The position numbers were made by a program, and so were the translations under genes. This document shows, in pieces, positions 37,201-47,200 of a DNA stretch of 64,000 nucleotides; within the stretch, counting starts at the first letter, position 1; each line of letters begins with the position of its first letter. Source of the stretch: Lingula anatina (lineage: Eukaryota; Animalia; Brachiopoda); NCBI GenBank assembly GCA_051362555.1, contig CM120644.1, positions 11,988,567 through 12,052,566 on the forward strand, read 5' to 3'. A model generated the notes under the pieces. It was not told where the DNA came from, searched no databases, and was given only the letters and a program-made list of their open reading frames with translations.

Positions 37201-39819
37201 TAAAGGCAGCAAACACTTAAGAAATCTCGGAGCTTTACCAAAAGAAGAGTGCATACTAATGTAATCATGTATCCATAGACTGTTCCCTTGTGACCTTGTA
37301 CCAGGCCACAAGGGGAATGAACCAATGATAAAATGGAATCACTGTTCCCATAGACTGTATGTGGCCTTGGGTAGGGAACTAGTGGCCTGTGTCTAGGGAA
37401 CAGAGGGAATGGACATGTTCATTCTTTGGTGGACTCCACAACGGAAAGCAAGCAAACGTTGCACTGATTTTTCTTCAAATTTTGTTCTCATACAATGTTC
37501 ATACAAATTAATAATAATAAAATATGATAAAAAATATGAAAAATACAAAAAAGCTCGATCCATCACATTCACACAGATTGACAGCATACCTGAAACGTTA
37601 GAAGCGGTAATTCATAATTTGGGTGAAAATATTTACCAAAATGAACGACATTAAGAGATAATTCTGCACCATGTTCTGTATAAAACACAAAAGTACATTT
37701 GGAAATTAACAGAACCTGATAGTACTTGCAAAGGTAACAAATAAAGATTTTAGTACTGTTGTTCAGTACACAAGCCGTGGGGAATATAGGTACAGTAATT
37801 AGGAGGAGATATAATGTAAACTGTCTTGGATTAATGGGTAGCACACATTATCAAGAAATTTAATCATCTAGATTGTAAAGGTAGAAACTATGATATGATT
37901 ACTAACTGCAACAAAGATTCCTGCTCCTGCAACTTTATCTTACAGTTTATTATAGAAGTTTTTTTTTACTTTATTAAATGTGCTTACTGGAATTCCCATT
38001 GCTAAAGGTGATATATCTGAACTTTGATTTTTCCCTTGTTTTTGTGTTCTGTTCACAAGTTTATTTTCCCAAAATTAAAAAATCTATTGTTCCCCTCCCA
38101 AGTGACATCAGCGACACACTGGTTATTCTAAAGCTGTCAGTTGCACAGTGGGTCCCCGGGTGACAGAGCTTTCACCCCTCCTGTTATATTTCCATGGTTA
38201 AGCCACCTAACCCCTAAATCATTGTAAAATGGTGGTACATATTTGAGAAAATCACACTGCAGTAATCTGCTTAATAAACAACCTACTTTTGTGCTGCAAT
38301 TTTCTTTCATTCGTATCTCCATTTTTGCCATGTTATTATTCTATTTGTAGTTATTTTTGAAGGCTCCTTATTAGTATCTCATTATGTTAAAAGAAATTAG
38401 CCTACAATATTAATTATTTAGATTTAGATATGCCTAGTCTATTTTAAGAATCATATTTTATAATAATAATATCACAGGTTTCATTATTGTTGAAACCCAT
38501 TACTGATAAGCACACCACACTGTAGTAAAATAGTATGAAATACACAAAAATGTTTGTATCCCAGTATTATATAAAACACTCAAACAAACCTAATAAAAGT
38601 ATAAAAAACATGTTTTAATTATTATATGGTATAAGAGTGAATGGCAATTGAAAATGAGATGCTACAAGTAATAAAAAGTTTATGTAAATTAATCACTATC
38701 ACTTGTCCTATTAAAGCTGTGTTAACACCTAACATACAACAAGTCTGTTATTTTCTCAGCCATATGTAATTGATATCTTGTGTAATGCAAATGCCAGTGA
38801 AATTCCTCGGACAAATTCCTGACCTACATACTTTAATCCTTGATCTTCAGCACACTCTCAGCAAAGAGGAATAGTATAATGTTCTTGTTGCATTGAGTCG
38901 ATTTATTTTGGAAAAGTAAGGCTTTAGACATGATCAGCCATTTTGAGCTGCAAATTTTATAGGCAGTTTAATTTGGGCCAGATTCAAAACCAAGTTGAGT
39001 TACCTAATTAAGTCACTGGTCAGAAATGTCAGAACACACAAGGAAATCACACTACAGTAATTTTATCTATGTAATAAACAACCACTTACTTGAGTAGCAG
39101 TTTCATCTCAAGTGTGTATTCTGCCATATTTGACCTAAGACTTAGGTTACTTGATTTTTAATTCTAGCATAAATACAACAGTACACTGTAGTACCCTTGT
39201 AATTGAAAAGCTGCCCCCCCCCCCCCCCAGTAAATGTAGAAGATCTTTTTAAATGAAAATTTCATAATTAATATTTTTTTACAAGTTGAAAGAATTAAGT
39301 AATTAATATATTTCATTTACAATTGGCATTACTGTGCCATTCATTAGTTGAAAATACCAAGTACCATATATAATTATACAGAGGTTAAATTTTTATTTTG
39401 GGCCCTTCAAAATAAAGACTATGATACTTCAAGATATTTCAGAGATAATGTTTATTTTTTGAGTTTGAACACTGGAACCAACCCATGGATAGTCAAAGTG
39501 TAATGGCTTTAATTCCTTTAAAAATGCGTCTGAGGTAACTCTATCTGTAGATAGAGTTACCTGGTTTGAGTTTCTGACACAGTTTCCTGCTTTGGGCCTC
39601 TCAGCTAACTTTATCTATGGATAAAGTTAGCTGAGAGGAAAACTTGGCAGAAGTCAGTGTCAATCATCTCTGTACTAACCTGAATTAAATAGTTGGAGAT
39701 TAGGTTTCATTGCATTATGCAATTAAATCTGATAGAGTACCCAGATGCACACTCTCAAGGAGTTTATGTTTAGTTGGCCAAATGACTAAATGATTGCCAG
39801 CTGAAATCAGAACCTGTTA
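34237..39819. repeat. Large inverted repeat: outer arms 34237-35019 / 39040-39819; inner arms ~35187-35440 / ~38582-38832
   Basis: Direct reverse-complement reading. Outer arms differ by a few substitutions and a poly-G length; inner arms are visibly more diverged; no TSD. Confidence 0.97.
35490..36640 (+). mobile_element. 5'-truncated, frameshifted non-LTR retrotransposon ORF2 C-terminus (RTE-X-like)
   Basis: IKPILMYRCEIWG...YCKYIL / ASNVAAKAELGRFP, then KFRTGAHKLAIQRGKY...ICKICSAEVENKIHF (decayed CCHC finger); 3' boundary approximate. Confidence 0.85.
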
Positions 39820-40415
39820 AATACACTTTTTTCCCACTGCTTGTGAAAAATCAAACTGCTTTAGGATTGAATGGATTGTATATTAGCAAATTGCAAGATT
39901 AGTATGCATAATGTTCAGATCAGGAAGAGAATAGAAAGTCAAAACCAGTGATTTCTATTACCAAGATGTCAAGTTGTTGTCAGGAAGGCTGGATTACAGT
40001 GCAAAGTGGATCTACCAGGCAGGAGTGGAACTGTTTTATTTTTTAGCTTTAATATCTCCCATGTATAAAGTCAAGTTATGTATGTAGCCATACATCTCCC
40101 TTGTGACATCCACTCTTCTATGTATGCATTTGGACTCCTCATTTTTACTCCCAATTGAGTAAGCTAATCAGATAACTGGTTATTGTTAAACAGGCCTTTT
40201 ATGTCACAAAGGCATTAAATGTTTGAGTTTCATACAAAGCACAAAGTAGCCAATAGGTAGTTCTTTTTCTTAACTTCATTGTTGAAGTCCTGTAAGTGGA
40301 TGAAGTTTATTCATCATTTTCTTGCCACTTGGTGTGAGTCAAGCAAGTGACTCTACAAATGTAGCATCATATAAGCCCCAAAGACATCAAATGTAACAGA
40401 ATATGCCAACATTTA

Positions 40416-40676
40416 GACTGGGTTCCCATCCCTAGTTCAGTCTAACAGGATCGGTCCTTCTCCACAGGGTCCCTCGCTAAATTACTTTCAGCGCAGGCGG
40501 CTTAGATGTCTAGAACGCCCACTAAAGCTGCTAAACGATAGTAATTAAGTTACCCCTTATCAGCCTCGGCAAGCGTGACAGACATCTAAGTCACCCAAGT
40601 TAATTGCAATTAAGGAAGAATCCCCTCGGAGATGGTTCACTCTGAAAATAATACAAAAGGGTCTCGGTATGGTCTC
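40416..40676. mobile_element. Diverged relative of MITE subfamily B abutting the 40680 copy
   Basis: Shares GACTG..TTCCCA start, GGATCG, CGCTAAAT and TAATT...TTACCCCTTA motifs; boundaries approximate. Confidence 0.5.
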
Positions 40677-40679
40677 TTA

Positions 40680-40896
40680 GACTGCATTCCCAGACACTTA
40701 GATCGATCCATCTGGATCGACCTAACTCCTTGGGAGTTCATGCTAAATTGCTGTCAGCCAAGCGCGCACCATAGTTAATTACCCCCTTACAGCTTTTAGT
40801 AGGCGGGACAGACGTGTAAGCCTGTTAAGCTGACACCAATCTAGTGAGACTCCCCAGGGGGGATAGATCGATCTAAATATCTATGGGAATGGGGTC
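40680..40896 (+). mobile_element. MITE subfamily B copy (Harbinger-like)
   Basis: TIR GACTGCATTCCCA / TGGGAATGGGGTC, TTA TSD, core GTTAATTACCCC. Confidence 0.82.
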
Positions 40897-41642
40897 TTAA
40901 ATAAGTATGGTCATTACTGTTAAATATCTGACACCTTATTCCTTTTTTTACATCATTATTTGAGGTCACTCCTACAGAAACACTAGGGTAAAAACTGGAC
41001 GTGCTTTATAGAACTTTGAGGAATTTTTTTTCTTTTTTGTAATATTTAACAAAATATTCTGGAGAAGACTAATAATTAATTTTGTTCAAATTGGGTGAGA
41101 AATTACAGTAATTGCCAATCAGGTCTTTGGAGAATGTTACATAGATACCGCTCTAATACCATTCCATTTAGGAATTAGAACCTGTACATTATGTATGGGC
41201 TAAAGATATCCTTGTATTTCTGTAATGTTAACTTTGGCTCTTGTAATATACGTTCTTTTAGTAAGTAGTTACAGTCAACCTGTCATGGCTAATTGTGAAT
41301 TCGATCAATTTATACAGTTCTTTCTTGAATGAAAATGATAATAATAAAAAACTTTCCTGTTTTGTATGCTTGGATTTAGTTATATTTTTAAGCTTTGAAG
41401 GAGCAATCAAAATCTTGTGCCCTCCTCCTCCTCTGAATTTCAGTTTCCTAGAAACTGGCTAATATGTCAGCATACTTCTGTGGTTTATAGGAAGTGAGAA
41501 GGCAGAGATATGCTGATAGTAGATTGGGGGGGGGGGGGGGGGGGGTTGCAGAGGCCTTCTGAATCCAGGGGGTGCCTTTTCCTGGCATCGTCCTGCACTT
41601 TCTGGTAATTATCAACCTGTTTCAACAAGTCTTTAGCTCCAA

Positions 41643-41890
41643 GATCCTATTCAGATAGACCTATTGTACTAGTTGGGTTGGTCCAACTCTGGGAGGGGGG
41701 GGATTCATGCTAACTGCAATCAGTTTAATTGCCTGACATTCCTCGAGCAGCTAGAAGGTGAATAACCCAAATGCAATTACCCTGATCTACTGGAGGTGGT
41801 GTCATTCAGTTAAGTCAGTTGCACTTAGAAAGAGCCCCCACAGAGTTAGACCGACCCAACTAGTACAATGTGTCTATCTGAATGCTTCCC
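41643..41890. mobile_element. Related MITE with ~45 bp imperfect TIRs
   Basis: ATTCAGATAGAC.TATTGTACTAGTTGGGTTGGTCCAACTCTG pairs with CAGAGTTAGACCGACCCAACTAGTACAATGTGTCTATCTGAAT; internal TGCAATCAG and AATTACCC as in subfamilies A and B. Confidence 0.75.
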
Positions 41891-42928
41891 AATTGCAACA
41901 TAAACAAGGTTTAGAAACTTTTTTCTTCCATCAGCACACCAACGAGAAACTTGAGCAAGGGTATTAACTTCATGATTTTTCACACATTGGATTCTTCCGT
42001 TTGGGATGGGGTGATGAAATTGTGTATCAGAGCTCTTAATGACATGCGCTTAGAAAGCACCAAATATTTGAACTCCAGTTAAATGGGGGGAAATATTACA
42101 AAAGCAATTTGGATATGCTGAATATTTATTTCTTCACAGAAACCAAATATATTTTGACTACAAAGTCTGTCAGTGACCACAGTTACATTATCACGAATAA
42201 AGTTACTTTTAAGCAATTTTATTTCACTGAAGTTAAATATATCAACTCCTGCGAGCCCTTGCTCAGCACTTTGTTATCTATTAAGTAGTGTTATGCAACA
42301 CTATACTGATTAAATTTTTTTGTGACGTTAAAGAGTTGCTGTTTGAATAATAAATAGTATTCAACTTAGTAGGTGGACTGCAATTATAATAAATAAGATT
42401 CCAGTCATCCACAAATAGCCTCATTTCTTCCTTATGAACCATAGTGTTCAAGAATCTATTATCTCCCCTTTCAGTAACTTTTATTTTAAATGTTCAGCAA
42501 TTTTCAAGTATCCCTTTTCTCTTTTTACCACTTAAATTCAATTAAATCTTGCCATTTGCTTCAAAAAATTTTACACTGACACAATAAAGTGTCATCATAG
42601 AATGTTGATATTGAGAAAAGTTGAAGACATAGATATATCCAAGTCCTAAAAGTGGACTGAAAACATGACAAAAAGATGGAAAAACACCTTTACAACCCAG
42701 AAAGAGTTCACTTTTTCATGTAGAGAAATCTCCTGTAGATAACTAAACGAGACTGAATATATGTTGTAGTATAAACCCCATAGGCATATGCAACATGCCA
42801 TATAAACCAATTAAGTTCCCATGTTGACTTCCAAGTGTCTCAAAACACCCACTGCTGTAATACATTGCAAGCATAAAAATGGCCAGAATTCTATGGCTGT
42901 AACTTTATGCGGTTGCAATAAGTTATAC

Positions 42929-43144
42929 CCCCTTTACACTGGACGGCGTCCTTTCTGCGTCCTCTCTGCGACCATGAAATTTGGCATCGCTGTGGTCTTA
43001 ATAAGGAAGTACGAGCACTGATTTTGTATCAGAAGAACGCTCAATGATCGGCCAGTTGTCGGCAGGTAAAATATTATAATTTTTTAACTCTCAAATGGGG
43101 CCGTGCTGCTGGACGCAGAAAGGACGCCGTCCAGTATAAAGGGG
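42929..43144. mobile_element. Harbinger-like MITE downstream of the ABCF2 stop codon
   Basis: 34 bp TIR with one mismatch, CCCCTTTACACTGGACGGCGTCCTTTCTGCGTCC; left terminus slightly eroded, TSD unclear. Confidence 0.8.
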
Positions 43145-44216
43145 CCCTTAGAGATGATTGATCAGTCAAAATCTGAGAAACATATTGGCAATCAAATATT
43201 GTATGCAGTCTGCTAGTATAATAATACAGTATTGATGAGTAATAAACCCAAGGAGTATTTATGAAAGATATGTATTCTTTTTTGTTGTTGTTAGCTTTCT
43301 AGAGTTATAATTGGATAATACACTAACATTAAGTGTTACAGTGACATTGGTTTCAAGATGGCAAAATCATCAAACTAGATCTTAGTTTCAATTTGTGTTT
43401 GAAAACCATTCCCACAGTTGTCAAAAAGAAGCCATCTTTGCTATCAGGAAACTCTGAATATCAGAGATTAACATTAGAAATAAATAACCACTACAATGCT
43501 CCAGTCTTATGTACTTCTTGCACAAGGTCAATACGATATAAACTTATAAATAAACTGTAAGTTAAATATCATAAAAACAAGCTGTACCTTTTTTTTTCCC
43601 AAAAAATCCTAAATGTTTCATCATCAATAATGAGCCAATGAAAGTCATAATTCCATAGCATTTTTATTGAGATCATTACTCTTTTTTAAAAGAGCATACG
43701 AGAACCCTAAAAATATACTGGCATCATTACAGTACAGCTGATGATTTTCCTGGTTTTGAAAGCAGCATCCCTGCTGAGCACTAACAATTCACTTGCTAGG
43801 GTTAAATGCATAATTTTAATTGTCTTCAAACATAGACAATCAAGCAGAACATACAAGCAATAGGGCTTAAAATATAGTCTGCAGTTTTAGCTTAATTTAG
43901 CGTAATTTTTAGTCAGTTAGTAAGATAACATTTTTGGGGGCCCAAAAATTCTCTTTACAAACAAACCATATGACAAAGAAGGCTTTAATTTTCAGCCATA
44001 TTATGTGAATAAAGTTAAATATCCCTGCAGCGTTTAGAAAAAATGTAAAATATATTACAGAAAGTGTATCAACACATACCAAACATGATTTAGTTATGAT
44101 TTGTGACCCAGGAGAGGAAAAACCAGAAAAATTACCAGCTGTAAAGAATTGTTTTAATTAAACATCGCATGTTAAATATTCATCCTCCAAGGCATAAGAT
44201 TAAGCAATAAATCCCT

Positions 44217-47200
44217 TCAAGTCCTCTTCGCATTTTCTTTTGCAACTTTTTTCGCTAGATATTCCTTGTATGAGAATATATCTCCTTCCCACTTGGTGAC
44301 AGTCTCTTTTTCACAAACCCAAATCTCTTCCGCAACCTAGAATACATACAACATGTATCAGTGTGACATTCAACTCCCACTGAATGAGATAAAGACAACA
44401 CAGCAAATAACTGTTCCTCTGTTACTTGGCCTTCCCTTATCTTCAATTTCAACATCTTCACTACTTTAAAACTTAATTTTCAAAAGCCCATGGACACTAC
44501 TGTAAAGAGTTCGTAAATGCTCTCCTATTACTTTTTTTTTTCGATACTCATTCCAAATTTTACTCATTTTATGAAATTGTGAATACCAGTGGAAGTGAAA
44601 ATGATATTAAAAAGGTCATACCTGAGAAATAAGCCTGAAGTCGTGGCTGACTAGCACCATGCCTCCAGAGAAGTCATTAATAGCATCTGCGAGGGCGTCA
44701 ATGGTCTCGATATCCAGGTGGTTGGTAGGTTCGTCCATGAGAAGCAGGTGAGGCGCCTGCCATGCCAACCATGCAAACACCACCCGCCTCTTCTGTCCAT
44801 CTGAGAGGTTCCTCATGGGGCAGACCTGTGAGAGAAATGGTCGAAATAAGTCTCTGTAGAGAAATTGTAGGAGTCGGAATATTATTTGATTTAGTGGGTT
44901 TAAGAGTTGTGTACCGAGTAAGGAAAAAAAATTATAAACTTCTGTCATTTATCTATTTTTTATTTTTATTTTGGAAATACCCAAACTTTGGACAGCACAC
45001 AATTGTTTATGTATTGCTCAAGGATGAGACAGCCATTTGGTGGGAAAGTCTGAAGATATGGTGTGGGGTCCATGGGGGGGGGGCCCTGCATGGATCTCAA
45101 AAATGAAATTTTTGGCTTCCAAAAAGTCACAAATCTGCTGTCAGTTGGAATAGTCTCATCAATGATTGGTAAACTTGCAACAGATTGATAGTGGAAACTG
45201 CAAAATGGTAATGAGCAAACCTATGACAGAGAGTAAGAGATAATCATCACCAAAAGCTGAACCATATGTCTTTCTCACTAACCTGTTGTTGTCCAGTTAA
45301 CCCATATCGTCCAATGATCTTCCTCATCTCTTCTACATCTTTGATATCTGGATAACACTTCATCATCCACTTCAATGCAGACATGGTAAGGTCGAGTTGT
45401 TCGTGTAAATGCTGAAGCAAAAAGTCATTTTTGATTTAATCTAATACACAAAACAATTTTAAGGGGAGGGAGAAAAGTGACAAACTCAAACATAAAACTA
45501 TTACAGTTACTACAATAATTTTTAGAATCTCATATTAAACCAAGTGTTCTGTTATGTAGTTTGTTACAAATAAAGCAAATTTGCTGGTAAACTCCTGAAG
45601 TCAGCAACATAAAATCGCTTCGAAGTTTCGATCATGGAGTCATGTTAATCAACCGGTGATAACCACCAGGACTGACCATGACCCTAAACCTCGGCCTTTT
45701 TTGTCATCATTCTTCAGTCACCATGTCCACATTACATACAATACAGCATGCTACATGCCCCATGTGCTACCAGTAAATTCTGCATGCACTTACCTGGTGA
45801 TATCTTCCTATCTTAAGATGAGAATGCCTTCGTATAATACCATCTGTTGGGAAAAGCTAGGAGAAGAGAAATTTTTAAACAGTTAGAATAATATCATCAC
45901 AGTGACTGCTCTTTTTTTTTTTTTTTTCAAAAAAATGCCTCTAAATCTCAAGGTCTGAAGTCAGATTTGGTTAAGATCGCTTCAGGTATAATCATCGTAC
46001 TGACACTACAACCAGTCCAGTATGGCCAAAGGATGACCGTACTGACCAGGGAGTGACCACAGTACTGGACCTCGGCCGCAAATTGTCATCATTCTTCAGA
46101 CTATGCCACACAGATCTTATTTTATCTTTTTGATGAAATTAAACAAACAGCCATGATCTTTTTGACAGAAAGTTATCAAGCCAAACTTATTATTACAAAA
46201 ACAAAAAAAAGAGAGAGAGAGAGAGAGAATATTCGTCTATTTTCCATTCAAATGTAAGCATTTTTTTTTTCATTTTCTATTGAATCATGTGCCATCAACA
46301 ACTGTTGTATCATCACTGAGAATTAACCATCAGAAGAATCAACAGTGACCAGCCTTTATTTAAGATGGGTATGCAATGTCACTATAGTCACTGACAGTAA
46401 TAATTTACATTGCATTGCATTTTAAGAAGAGATTTAAAAATTAAAAACTTCTGTGTAAACTATATCTACTAGTCTCACCTCTCCTGCTATAAGCTTGAGT
46501 AGTGTGGATTTCCCTGCTCCGTTTGGCCCCACTAGAGCCAGCCTAGTGTCCAAGTCTACGCCAAAGTCTAGGTTTTTGTAGATCCAAGGCTGAATAAGGG
46601 AAATAAATCAATAAATTAATATAGCACATCATGTATTTAGATAATAAATTCATTACACTTGATCATGGCACTTCTAAGACTGGCTGCACTCTTGGTCAAT
46701 GATTAATTCCAGTTTTGAACTTTAGTAAAATAGTAAAAATGTCAGCATGCACTCTACACATCATTGCATAGTACAGATTGTGTAATACAGCAATGAAAAT
46801 GGACCTTTTGAAAAAATCACAAAATGCACACGCTGCAGATATGAGTAGATTGTCATCGCTAATGACAAAAGATGTGTTGTGTATAAATACCTTGTCATCC
46901 TTGTATCTAAAGTTAACATGTTGTACCATGATCACAGGAGGAGGTATGTTACCACATTCTGGGAAATAAAAACTCAGCGTCTGGAAAACAAAGTGATTCA
47001 TATTACAAAAGACGAAGGGAAACGGCTTAATTAAAATTTCACCTCAAGATTGCCCAAAGAAATTACTTTTCCTTGACTGATCCAAGGAAAAATATTTTTC
47101 AAGTTTTTACTATCTGTCTGTCTGTACATGAGTGTACATGTGTCAATTAAGAAATGTATATCAGCCAAGCATGTGTGTATGTGTGTGTTCACCCACGTTT

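Noticed and set aside
34237-39819. Reading the large inverted repeat as a foldback, MULE or Polinton transposon
   Set aside because: No TSD, no typical termini and no transposase; arms look like unique UTR sequence (a genome BLAST is still needed)
44355-44464. GTGAAGA...CTGA with a 3 bp stem in the last ABCF2 intron
   Set aside because: Variant box C, box D only ~20 nt from the 3' splice site, no recognisable target
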